DNA of 42,145 nucleotides from Candidatus Saccharimonadia bacterium (GTDB lineage Bacteria; Patescibacteriota; Saccharimonadia; Saccharimonadales; DATKHC01): NCBI GenBank assembly GCA_035510315.1, contig DATKHH010000003.1, positions 1 to 42,145 of the forward strand, read 5' to 3'. Shown piece by piece: positions 1 to 7,651 of this stretch (position 1 is its first letter; each line of letters starts with the position of its first letter). The notes under the pieces were generated by a model. It saw only the letters and a program-made list of their open reading frames with translations, ran no database searches and was not told where the DNA came from. The position numbers and the translations under genes were made by a program.

Positions 1-3000
1 ACAGATACTTTAGTCGAAGTGCAAGACCAAAATCAGACACTTGTAGGTCTGGAGGGTTCTGAGTGCCCAACTCCCTCAGATGTAGCATTGGGACAATTAT
101 CTGTACAGGGTGAGATAGAGCCGACAATAACCCATGAAATAGCCCCAGAAGGTTGGCTTACAAACAATGCTCTTGGCAAGAAATTAGACATTGACCCGGA
201 AACGGTAAGAAAACGGGCAGTTGCATTACAGGAAGATCACCCAGATTGGTTTGGTGGTTTCCTAGACTCATCTGGCCACTCAAATGTGCACTATCACCCC
301 GATTTAATCGAGACACTGGCTAAGAGTGAGTTAGGATGTCAAAAAGCTCCCGAGGGGTGGCTTTCTCTAAAAGGCACAGGTGATTTAGTTGGATTTTCAG
401 ATGGAGTAGTAAGACAGGTTGTCGAAACATATAGAGAAAGTAATCCCGAATTATTTAGCACATTTAGAGGAAAAGGTGGTCATGTGACAGAGCACTTCCA
501 TCCTGATCTTATAGCTAAAGTTGCGCAGGTACTATCTGAGAGAAAACCTGCTCCTGAGGGTTGGACGACTGTAAACAGTGTAGCCAAAGCGCTGGGGGTT
601 GACTTTGGGTCTGTTAAAAAGGTAGTAGATAATTATCGGGAAGAACATCCTGAATGGTTTGGCGTATTTCTAAACCAAGCTAAGAGGATGTCTGAGCATC
701 TTTCTCCGGATTTAGAGTCAGCAATAAGCAGAGATCTATCGCAGTATCAAACGGCTTCAGATGGCTGGGATACCACCAATGGTGTTGCAAAACAACTTGG
801 GGTCTCTTTTATGACAGTACGAAGAGTAGCTGAAACTTACCGTGAAGAACATCCTGAATGGTTTGATATGCGTAAGGGCGCAGGTAGACAATTAGCTGAA
901 CACTTTAATCCGCAGCTAATTGGTATGATTCACGAAAATATAACTGGTAGAGAGCCGACTCCTGAGGGTTGGGTATCAAACCAGGATCTAGCGGAGCTTC
1001 TTGGATGTACAACAACTACAGCAGATAAAATTACAGATGAATTCCGCCAAGAACATCCTGAATGGTTTGGCGTATATAGACATAGTAGCGGAAGACTTGG
1101 CAATGACTATCACCCCGATTTAGTAGCGACAGTGACTCAAATGTTTTCAGATCGGGAACCCGTACCTGAGGGTTGGTCTACTGCTTCAGCAATTGCGACT
1201 CAGGTTAGTGGTGATCACCGCCGACTAAAGGCACTGGCTGAATCTTACCGCCAAGAACATCCTGAATGGTTTGGCGTATATCCAGAAGCACGTGTTAAGA
1301 GACTTACCGAACATTATCATCCAGAGTTGGTAAGAATCATTACTGAGGCCGAAATATCAAATCACTCTGAGGTAGCCGAAAGAAAACTAAGTCAGCTGGA
1401 GCAAAAAGAGTCGAGGGACGACTTAAAAGAATTTGTAAATAATATGTCGCAACCCGAGTCATTAGAAAGTCAGGAATTTCAATCATTGGTTGAACTTTTT
1501 GGGGGAGAGAGAGTTATAGATATTCTTTATCAGTACCACCCCGAGTATAAAAAGATATCTGTACCCTACGTAAAAAGCATTATTGCAGATTATCTAGGAG
1601 ACTTCCTCACGACACCAGGAGGGTTAGATTTAGAAAATCTCGAAGCGGGTGTAGAGTTCTTATTTGATTCTAGTTTGAAGGATGGTTTAACCGAGGTTGT
1701 AAAACAAGACTGTCTAAGATTTTATAATCAGCAGAGAAAAGACGGATTAACTACTGATGATCTCGATGCAATTCTCGAACATATTAGCGATTTACGCGGT
1801 CAAACAGCACACTTCTCAACAGAAGAACTCGGCGAAGTTTTTGAAGAAGTAGAAAGCTACTACAGATCATTATTTGAAGATATACATAAACCCGAATGTT
1901 TAGTTGATGAACTAAATCCGGGACGCTTATTCCCTGATCTAAACCAGCGAATCAACATTCACGAAATGGCGACAAAATACAAGATGCTAATTGCCGATGA
2001 AATGGGTGTCGGTAAAAGTGCCTCAGCTATTTTAACCAAAGAATATTTAGGAGTAGGCTTGGCTTTAATAGTTGCTCCAAGTAACGTAGTAGATACTTGG
2101 CAGAATTATTTGTCTGACAAAGTTATCGATAGTGAGCAAGTTGGTTACTTTAAACCAGGTCAAGCACCAAGAGTATTGATAGTCGAAAGCCTCGTGTCCC
2201 TAGAAGGAATAAATCCTACCGATTATGACTATATTGTTATGTCTCAAGAGCGACTTAATGATCGATATGTAGAAGCACTCCAAGAAGTTAATTACGGAAT
2301 GCTTGTAGTAGATGAAGTCCACAAAATGAAAAACTTAATATCAGGGAAAAGGGCTGAAAACTTAATTAAGTTAGCCGACGGTATCAAGGATACAGATGGA
2401 GCTAAATATCTAGCTCTATTATCTGGCACACCGATTCCTAATAAGGTCGGTGATATATCAATGGTCTTGAAGCTTTTATATCCCGAAAAGTTTGAAGGGA
2501 TCAGCAATAAAGAGTTAACTAATCAAATTCTATACGGTGATGCTCTGGATCTGCGTAGTCTGTTAGTACCAAGAATGCAAATGAAATCGCTGGCCGAAAG
2601 TATTAAGATGCCTAATCTTGAGGAAAGGATACATTTAGTTGAGTTGACGGCGGAAGAGCGTGAAATGTATGAGGTTCTACTAGAAGAGGATGAGATAGCT
2701 GCTTCACAGAAACTTCAGATCCTTAGGAAGTTTTCTCTAAGTCCATCCTTGCTTGATGCTACACCAGATATTAATGGTTCTAAGATACAGGAAGTTGGGG
2801 CAGCTCTTAGGGAAACTTTTACGAATAGAGATAAAGTTGTTATGTTCGTCAATGGGTATATTGAAGGTGTTATTCGAGGAGACAATACGATTGTCGAAGC
2901 GCTTGGTTTGCCTGAGGGCATAGAAGTCTTTGCCATCGAAGGCGAGGTTGAGAAAGATACACGTGTAGCTATACAACAGCAACTTCAGGGTAGTAACAGA

Positions 3001-4359
3001 AAAATGCTGGTTCTGGTTAGTGGGCAGACTGCAGACGTTGGTGTGGATTTCTCAGGAGCAGAAGAAGTCTATTTCTATAACGAACCTTGGACTATGTACG
3101 ATAAAAAACAGCAACTTGGACGTGTTTATCGCCCAGGTCTTAGTGAAGATTTAATTAGTCGTACTTTCATTACTAGAGGAACGATTGAAGAAGGCATCCA
3201 CAGTTACATAGGATCGAAATATAAAGCGATTGAAAAACTGCTCAGAGGTATACCAATTTCTGATCTTGAGCGAGAAATGCTTAAGAAGTCTGAAGACCAG
3301 AGTGATCCAAGTCTAGAAGTTAATCCGGAACTTGCTGAGTACTACTTCTCTTCTTGGGATCGAATGATGAAAATTTATGGTTACGTTAAAGAGCTAGGAG
3401 AAGATGACTTTGTTAAGTTTCTTGGTAAATATGGTAGAGAGTACGCAGATTGTTATGTAGATGTAGGTGGACGAAGTTATCAGGCGAATGCTAGCAGATT
3501 ATCCGGGACATTAATCGACCGATTTGTCCGAGAAAGGCGTAAATCACCTCAAGCAGTACGAGTTCTAGATATAGCGTCTGGTCCCGAAATGCTAAAAAGA
3601 CATATTAGCGATGGCTTATCAGATAGAGTTATTAGCTTAGATATTAACCAGCACCATTTTGCTGAAGACGGACAAAATAGAGCAGTTGGTAGCTTCTTGA
3701 GTTTACCAATTGCCGATAACTCCGTGGATTATGCCAACCTATCTCTTGCTCTTCACTATACTAATTTTGTTCCAACCAAAGGACAGTATGAAAGAATCGA
3801 AGTTCTTCAAGAAATAAACCGAGTACTATCTATAGGTGGTCGAGCAGTTATAAACCTTATGCATACTCTTGACTTAAAGGATGAACCAGCTTTCCGAGAG
3901 GCAGTTACAAAACTAGGTTTTAGGGTAGTAGAAAGATATACTGGTAAAACCGAAGATGGAGCCCACTTCCGAACCAGATTATTCACTTTAGAGAAAACAC
4001 ATGATAGCCCAAGGGATATAAAAGAAGCAGTTAACTTACTTGGCTCGTCGTTAATGAAGGGATTTAAGTTCACTAAAAGTAAGGCTAAGTTACGTGATTC
4101 ACGCAGAATAGCCACTTCGTTCTCCATTGAAGGTCAGCAAGGGGTAAAGACGAAGTTTAACGAAGCTGACAGAGTAACTCTAGAAGAGGAACGAATAACT
4201 CAAGCACAAATGACTAAACTCCAAAGAAAATATGGGTCTGTCAAAGAGATACCTCGTGACGAAGTATTAGCAGGAGGTTTTTCAAGGATATTTAATGGCA
4301 AAAGTCATGTTCTATTCAGACGACTTGTTGCAGGATCTGGTTCAGTAGTGCTTAGATAA
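1..4359 (+). CDS. Giant multidomain protein: six tandem 68-aa HTH-like repeats, an SNF2-family (DEXH) helicase/translocase and a C-terminal class I SAM-dependent methyltransferase. Probably 5'-partial.
   Basis: Uninterrupted 4.3-kb ORF. Frame 1 has no stop between nt 1 and the first in-window start (GTG at 19), so the gene may begin upstream of the window. SNF2 motifs: I ADEMGVGKS (about 1993-2019), II VVDEVH (2305-2322), III LLSGTPIPN, V/VI SGQTADVGVDF...QQLGRVYRPG. MTase motif I VLDIASGPE (3561-3587), plus ISLDIN and NRVLSIGGRAVI (Methyltransf_11-like). I found no DPPY/NPPY or PCQ/ENV DNA-methyltransferase motifs. Confidence 0.85.
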   Translation, partial: TDTLVEVQDQNQTLVGLEGSECPTPSDVALGQLSVQGEIEPTITHEIAPEGWLTNNALGKKLDIDPETVRKRAVALQEDHPDWFGGFLDSSGHSNVHYHPDLIETLAKSELGCQKAPEGWLSLKGTGDLVGFSDGVVRQVVETYRESNPELFSTFRGKGGHVTEHFHPDLIAKVAQVLSERKPAPEGWTTVNSVAKALGVDFGSVKKVVDNYREEHPEWFGVFLNQAKRMSEHLSPDLESAISRDLSQYQTASDGWDTTNGVAKQLGVSFMTVRRVAETYREEHPEWFDMRKGAGRQLAEHFNPQLIGMIHENITGREPTPEGWVSNQDLAELLGCTTTTADKITDEFRQEHPEWFGVYRHSSGRLGNDYHPDLVATVTQMFSDREPVPEGWSTASAIATQVSGDHRRLKALAESYRQEHPEWFGVYPEARVKRLTEHYHPELVRIITEAEISNHSEVAERKLSQLEQKESRDDLKEFVNNMSQPESLESQEFQSLVELFGGERVIDILYQYHPEYKKISVPYVKSIIADYLGDFLTTPGGLDLENLEAGVEFLFDSSLKDGLTEVVKQDCLRFYNQQRKDGLTTDDLDAILEHISDLRGQTAHFSTEELGEVFEEVESYYRSLFEDIHKPECLVDELNPGRLFPDLNQRINIHEMATKYKMLIADEMGVGKSASAILTKEYLGVGLALIVAPSNVVDTWQNYLSDKVIDSEQVGYFKPGQAPRVLIVESLVSLEGINPTDYDYIVMSQERLNDRYVEALQEVNYGMLVVDEVHKMKNLISGKRAENLIKLADGIKDTDGAKYLALLSGTPIPNKVGDISMVLKLLYPEKFEGISNKELTNQILYGDALDLRSLLVPRMQMKSLAESIKMPNLEERIHLVELTAEEREMYEVLLEEDEIAASQKLQILRKFSLSPSLLDATPDINGSKIQEVGAALRETFTNRDKVVMFVNGYIEGVIRGDNTIVEALGLPEGIEVFAIEGEVEKDTRVAIQQQLQGSNRKMLVLVSGQTADVGVDFSGAEEVYFYNEPWTMYDKKQQLGRVYRPGLSEDLISRTFITRGTIEEGIHSYIGSKYKAIEKLLRGIPISDLEREMLKKSEDQSDPSLEVNPELAEYYFSSWDRMMKIYGYVKELGEDDFVKFLGKYGREYADCYVDVGGRSYQANASRLSGTLIDRFVRERRKSPQAVRVLDIASGPEMLKRHISDGLSDRVISLDINQHHFAEDGQNRAVGSFLSLPIADNSVDYANLSLALHYTNFVPTKGQYERIEVLQEINRVLSIGGRAVINLMHTLDLKDEPAFREAVTKLGFRVVERYTGKTEDGAHFRTRLFTLEKTHDSPRDIKEAVNLLGSSLMKGFKFTKSKAKLRDSRRIATSFSIEGQQGVKTKFNEADRVTLEEERITQAQMTKLQRKYGSVKEIPRDEVLAGGFSRIFNGKSHVLFRRLVAGSGSVVLR
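142..1365 (+). repeat. Six in-frame tandem repeats with an exact 204-nt (68-codon) period, inside the giant CDS
   Basis: Repeat units start at 142, 346, 550, 754, 958 and 1162, each opening with [AT][PS][ED]GW. Consensus: PEGW.T...LAK.LGV....V...V..YR.EHPEWFG......G....HYHPDL. The string aagaacatcctgaatggtttg recurs at 641, 845, 1049 and 1253. An identical 34-nt block lies at 1044-1077 and 1248-1281. Confidence 0.95.
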
Positions 4360-4373
4360 TCTGACGGCGATAA

Positions 4374-4898
4374 CTAACTTATCCAGTCTATGCTGACTGT
4401 ATCTTCGCCATCAAAAGCCACGTTCCCAGTTCTTTCTCTTGTAATGCCTAGTGCTTTTGTTACCAATCCGGGTCTAGGATATGATTTTCTAGCAGTATCT
4501 AGCCCATCAATTCTTACACAAGTATCAACTAAGCCTGTTCTTAGAAATAGTAAGTTATAACCCCTATATGGAGGCGTAACATATGCGTCAACCGGATATG
4601 AACCGAATAACGGTCTATCAAGCCAATTCCCGTTATCTGCTGACAATTGAGGTAATACTGCTGTAATAACTCCTCGTTTATTACCTACAACCAGCGTTTT
4701 ATCTATTAAACCCTCTGCTACTTCTTCGGGAGAACGACCAAAAAAATCTCGAGTGACATCATCTTGATCAATTCGTCCATCGCTAGCAACAACATCTATA
4801 CCTTGTCTACCCAGTTGCCTAGTAAGCGCTTCTAGACTCTCTGTAGACATACCAGAAAGACCTTCACCTCTAATTACTAATTCACTATGTTCTGTCAT
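4374..4898 (-). CDS. Hypothetical protein, 174 aa, no motif I recognise
   Basis: Clean ORF convergent with the giant gene (14-nt gap). TATAAT on the minus strand at 4908-4913 lies 9 nt upstream of the ATG. By eye its composition is more GC-rich than the core genes. Confidence 0.6.
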   Translation of the reverse strand: MTEHSELVIRGEGLSGMSTESLEALTRQLGRQGIDVVASDGRIDQDDVTRDFFGRSPEEVAEGLIDKTLVVGNKRGVITAVLPQLSADNGNWLDRPLFGSYPVDAYVTPPYRGYNLLFLRTGLVDTCVRIDGLDTARKSYPRPGLVTKALGITRERTGNVAFDGEDTVSIDWIS

Positions 4899-5027
4899 AT
4901 TGTTGATATTATACTATAATATTAAAGTAATTACAACAATCAGGGAGACAACCCACTTTGTAGATTTGTTTCATATCATACAAGCATCACTATGAGCCAC
5001 CAATACCTCATCGAGCTACTTCTCTGT

Positions 5028-5033
5028 TAATAT
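5028..5033 (+). promoter_or_regulatory. -10 element TAATAT placed for a leaderless transcript of the 5040 gene
   Basis: Exactly 6 nt separate the hexamer from the A of the ATG at 5040. No Shine-Dalgarno sequence is present. Confidence 0.35.
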
Positions 5034-5039
5034 AGCTAT

Positions 5040-5600
5040 ATGCATTTAGTAGAAGCCTATAAATCTCTAGGTCTCATAGGTATTGCCCTAACCGTCATAG
5101 GTTTAGTCTTTTTAGTTCTTAAATGGCCACAAGGTAGGCATATGACTTTCTCTCAACATGCTGCAGCTCAGCAAGTATCAATCTTTTACTATATTCTGCT
5201 TATGTGCTCCATTGCCCCTTTTTACGTTTTATTTTTCTTTTGGTGGCTGGTGCCAACATTTAGTCTGTCTTTTTGGTTTAGTATTTTTGTCCTTACATCA
5301 ATGTTTTTCCAGCTGCTTTGTACTCTGGTTCCAGAATTACCTGGATGGAAATATACGGCTCATAGGTTTTTCGCTTTTATATCAGCTTTTTTACTTATGC
5401 CGACTTTGGCTGTAATTGTACTGTCTAGCCAAGTTAGTGAAATTGCTAGAATTATCTCACTTTGCATGATTCTTATAATGTTCAGTATTATGGGGTTTTT
5501 CTATGCAATAAAAGTTAAACATAAATATCTACTATTATTCCAGCTTAGTTACTTTGTTTGTTTTTTCGTCGCAATACTAAGTACTACATACCTGAGATAA
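5040..5600 (+). CDS. Polytopic integral membrane protein, 186 aa, about 5-6 TM segments, function unknown
   Basis: Long hydrophobic runs throughout (LIGIALTVIGLVFLVL, FYVLFFFWWLV, FAFISAFLLMPTLAVIVL, MILIMFSIMGFFYAI, YFVCFFVAILS). The overlapping ORF 5158..5415 in another frame was rejected. Confidence 0.65.
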   Translation: MHLVEAYKSLGLIGIALTVIGLVFLVLKWPQGRHMTFSQHAAAQQVSIFYYILLMCSIAPFYVLFFFWWLVPTFSLSFWFSIFVLTSMFFQLLCTLVPELPGWKYTAHRFFAFISAFLLMPTLAVIVLSSQVSEIARIISLCMILIMFSIMGFFYAIKVKHKYLLLFQLSYFVCFFVAILSTTYLR

Positions 5601-5654
5601 GCTGGTATATACAACAATCATCGTTTAGCTCAAAATAAACGCAATAGTATAGTA

Positions 5655-6278
5655 TTATCGACTATCTTTAGATTGTTCTGGACTTGGAACGGTAAACTTC
5701 ACTTCTGCTAACTTTTCTAATTCATCACAGGTCATTGCGGAAGCCTTTTTCAAAAGTTCAGCTTTGCATTTCGTGATTTCGTCCATAAGATGTTCTGTGG
5801 CAATTTTTGCAAGCTGATTTAAGTCTCGAAAACCTTCTAGTGAAGTAGCTACTAAACGACCTGAAAGTTCACCAACTCCAACTACTTTGCAGTCAGCGTC
5901 CACAAAAACACCTACATACACTTCCTCGAAGGGATTAACTGAGTGAGCTATAAGCTTGTCACGCTGATTCATAAAGTAATCATGCGACTCAGTCGCGCCA
6001 TCAATTCTAGTAAAAATGTCTGGCTTCATTTTCAGTTGACGAACACCATCCTTAAAAGGTCGTGCATAGGCATTTAATGCAGCACTCCAATATGTCTGCA
6101 AAAGAACTTGATCATCATCAGACACACCAGCCTCAATTAGTTGCACTGCAGCATGAGACAATTGCATAACATAGCGATAGTCTTGATGCATTGAAATCAA
6201 TGCTTCTAACTCTTTTGCCGTCGGTGTTGTCATTCTTTTTAGCGGTAATTTTTCGGCTAAATTTTCTTGCTTGTCCAT
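5655..6278 (-). CDS. Hypothetical 207-aa protein with a HEPN-like R-x5-H motif; possibly an Abi-type HEPN RNase
   Basis: RDKLIAH is encoded at 5943-5963 (minus strand) after a sequence stretch that looks helix-prone by eye. This fits the Rx4-6H HEPN signature and the R[ND]K..AH form that I recall from Abi-type HEPN families. The family assignment is not verified. Confidence 0.6.
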   Translation of the reverse strand: MDKQENLAEKLPLKRMTTPTAKELEALISMHQDYRYVMQLSHAAVQLIEAGVSDDDQVLLQTYWSAALNAYARPFKDGVRQLKMKPDIFTRIDGATESHDYFMNQRDKLIAHSVNPFEEVYVGVFVDADCKVVGVGELSGRLVATSLEGFRDLNQLAKIATEHLMDEITKCKAELLKKASAMTCDELEKLAEVKFTVPSPEQSKDSR

Positions 6279-6284
6279 AGCTCA

Positions 6285-6290
6285 ATTATA
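6285..6290 (-). promoter_or_regulatory. -10 element TATAAT (minus strand) placed for a leaderless transcript of the 207-aa gene
   Basis: The reverse complement reads tataat-tgagct-ATG. Exactly 6 nt lie between the hexamer and the A of the ATG at 6278. Confidence 0.4.
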
Positions 6291-6339
6291 CCTTTTAGTT
6301 GAGTTAAATATGCTAAAATTACAGATAAAGGAACTAATT

Positions 6340-6552
6340 ATGTCAGTTAATAGTCGCAAGGCAATAGCACAGAGACTCTATGATGCCCGAAAATATAGCG
6401 GTCTAACTCAAGTTGCTCTTGCTAAAAAGGCTGGTGTTAACGACAACTATTACGCTCGAGTTGAACGAGGTGAAGTTAGCCCTACTCTTGAAAAGTTTGA
6501 AAAGATAGTAAAAGCTCTGGACACTAAATCCTCAAAAATTATAGATTTTTAG
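6340..6552 (+). CDS. XRE/Cro-type helix-turn-helix transcriptional regulator, 70 aa
   Basis: HTH signature LTQVALAKKAGVNDNYYARVERGE. I prefer the ATG at 6340, preceded by aaagga (6327-6332), over the TTG at 6271 given in the ORF track. Its stop overlaps the stop of the convergent 69-aa gene. Confidence 0.8.
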   Translation: MSVNSRKAIAQRLYDARKYSGLTQVALAKKAGVNDNYYARVERGEVSPTLEKFEKIVKALDTKSSKIIDF

Positions 6553-6758
6553 TATTCTTCCAAGTCTTTAAGCTCTGCTTCTACTGCATCCGGATCAATA
6601 TTCTCAATTATTTTTTGGCGTGTGTTCATTCTATCCAGAATTCGCCTAGCTGTTTTAGCGTCAGCTCTTTCTGGGTTAATAATCTTAAGATAATTAATAA
6701 CTTTTTCAATATCGTCATCAGTAATATGGTATTGGTCTTCATCTTTCATATCAGACAT
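6549..6758 (-). CDS. Small acidic protein, 69 aa (19 D/E versus 11 K/R), unknown function, translationally coupled to the PLD gene
   Basis: Its ATG lies 7 nt after the PLD stop codon. The agagg RBS overlaps the PLD stop codon. Confidence 0.65.
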   Translation of the reverse strand: MSDMKDEDQYHITDDDIEKVINYLKIINPERADAKTARRILDRMNTRQKIIENIDPDAVEAELKDLEEY

Positions 6759-6765
6759 ACTACCT

Positions 6766-7248
6766 CTAACTTAAAAACTTATCAATCTTAATAAATCTAG
6801 CCATTTGCCAAGCTAGCTGATTTGATTTAATCCTACGCATTACTTCACAGCTATCATTTTGAGACAAGACGTTTAAAGAACCCTCGTATAGTATCTGCCT
6901 ATCAATAATGACTATCTTTCTGTGATGACCGGAGGTATATAGAACCTGGATACCCATTTGTTGCATCTTTGAAATGGCATGGTGGGTATCTTCTCTGCAG
7001 TACTCATTATCGTGTTCAATTGGATCTCTTGTATTAACTACAATTCTGACTTTTCTATTCTTTAGTTTTTGCAGAGTAGGCAACAACTGATTGAGCCGTC
7101 TATTAGTTATAAAAGGAGACTCAATAATAAGCTCATATAGACACTTATTTATGTCTTTTGTGAAAACGGAGTAAAACGACTCTTCGTTAAGAAGTTGTGA
7201 AGATAATACCTCAGATGATATAGTTTTACGGAGGAGTAGGTTAAGCAT
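6766..7248 (-). CDS. Single-HKD phospholipase D superfamily protein (Nuc-like nuclease), 160 aa
   Basis: Perfect HKD motif HRKIVIIDRQILYEGSLN (H-x-K-x4-D-x6-G-S-x-N), encoded at 6871-6924. I moved the start to the ATG at 7248, which has GGAGG 7 nt upstream; the ORF track extends to 7302. Confidence 0.85.
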   Translation of the reverse strand: MLNLLLRKTISSEVLSSQLLNEESFYSVFTKDINKCLYELIIESPFITNRRLNQLLPTLQKLKNRKVRIVVNTRDPIEHDNEYCREDTHHAISKMQQMGIQVLYTSGHHRKIVIIDRQILYEGSLNVLSQNDSCEVMRRIKSNQLAWQMARFIKIDKFLS

Positions 7249-7405
7249 TATATACCTCCGATTCGATGTAGGTTGCCTGGCCATCAGCATATACGATACC
7301 AAGCTCTTCTAACTTTTCGGATAAGTGTATTAAACTGTTTAGCAAGGGGTTCCATCGAACTACCTTACTACCCACCAAATCAGTACCTAAATTATTCACA
7401 AAAAG

Positions 7406-7423
7406 GTTATCAACGTTGATAAC
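7406..7423. promoter_or_regulatory. Perfect 18-bp palindrome gttatcaac|gttgataac; candidate operator
   Basis: Read directly from the sequence. It lies in the 403-bp divergent intergenic region between the PLD operon and the 7652 gene. A partial extra half-site, ttgataaaataac, follows at 7430-7442. Confidence 0.5.
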
Positions 7424-7462
7424 TAAAGTTTGATAAAATAACAGATATAAACAGCACTACAT

Positions 7463-7498
7463 ATTATCCCTTCTATATATATAATATATAGGGATAAT
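7463..7498. promoter_or_regulatory. Inverted repeat attatccc-N20-gggataat around an (AT)n spacer
   Basis: 8-bp arms at 7463-7470 and 7491-7498. The spacer is ttctatatatataatatata. Confidence 0.4.
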
Positions 7499-7593
7499 AA
7501 TCAGGCGCGGAAACATATCACATACTATTAACTGTAGTTGCTGTGTAAACCCTTCATATAAAGAGGACTCGTTAACTTATAAATTGCTATTAC

Positions 7594-7623
7594 TTGCAAA
7601 CTAACTCACTTTAGGTAGATAAT
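7594..7623 (+). promoter_or_regulatory. Candidate sigma-70 promoter for the 7652 gene
   Basis: TTGCAA (7594-7599), an 18-nt spacer, then GATAAT (7618-7623). An SD sequence aaagaggag (7637-7645) follows, then a TTG start at 7652. Confidence 0.4.
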
Positions 7624-7651
7624 ATTCATTAAGTAGAAAGAGGAGTACATT

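Noticed and set aside
3480-3990. The MTase domain of the giant protein considered as a restriction-modification-type DNA methyltransferase (canonical DISARM DrmMI equivalent)
   Set aside because: I could find no (D/N/S)PP(Y/F/W) motif IV and no PCQ/ENV C5 motifs. The motif pattern resembles Methyltransf_11. DNA methylation therefore cannot be assumed.
2292-4127. Minus-strand ORFs 2292..2507, 2715..2936, 2737..2982 and 3807..4127 inside the giant gene
   Set aside because: They lie entirely antisense to a CDS with clear SNF2 and MTase motifs. They have no motifs or RBS and are typical shadow ORFs.
5158-5415. Plus-strand 85-aa ORF overlapping the membrane-protein gene in another frame
   Set aside because: It is nested in the longer ORF, whose hydrophobic periodicity explains the region. 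Its Cys/Leu/Phe-rich composition is what an off-frame reading of a T-rich gene gives.
7406-7498. The palindrome and the ttatccc/gggataa repeats considered as DnaA boxes or a replication origin
   Set aside because: The similarity to TTATCCACA is only partial (about 7 of 9 positions). No dnaA, dnaN or AT-rich unwinding-element context is present. The location inside an accessory region fits operators better.
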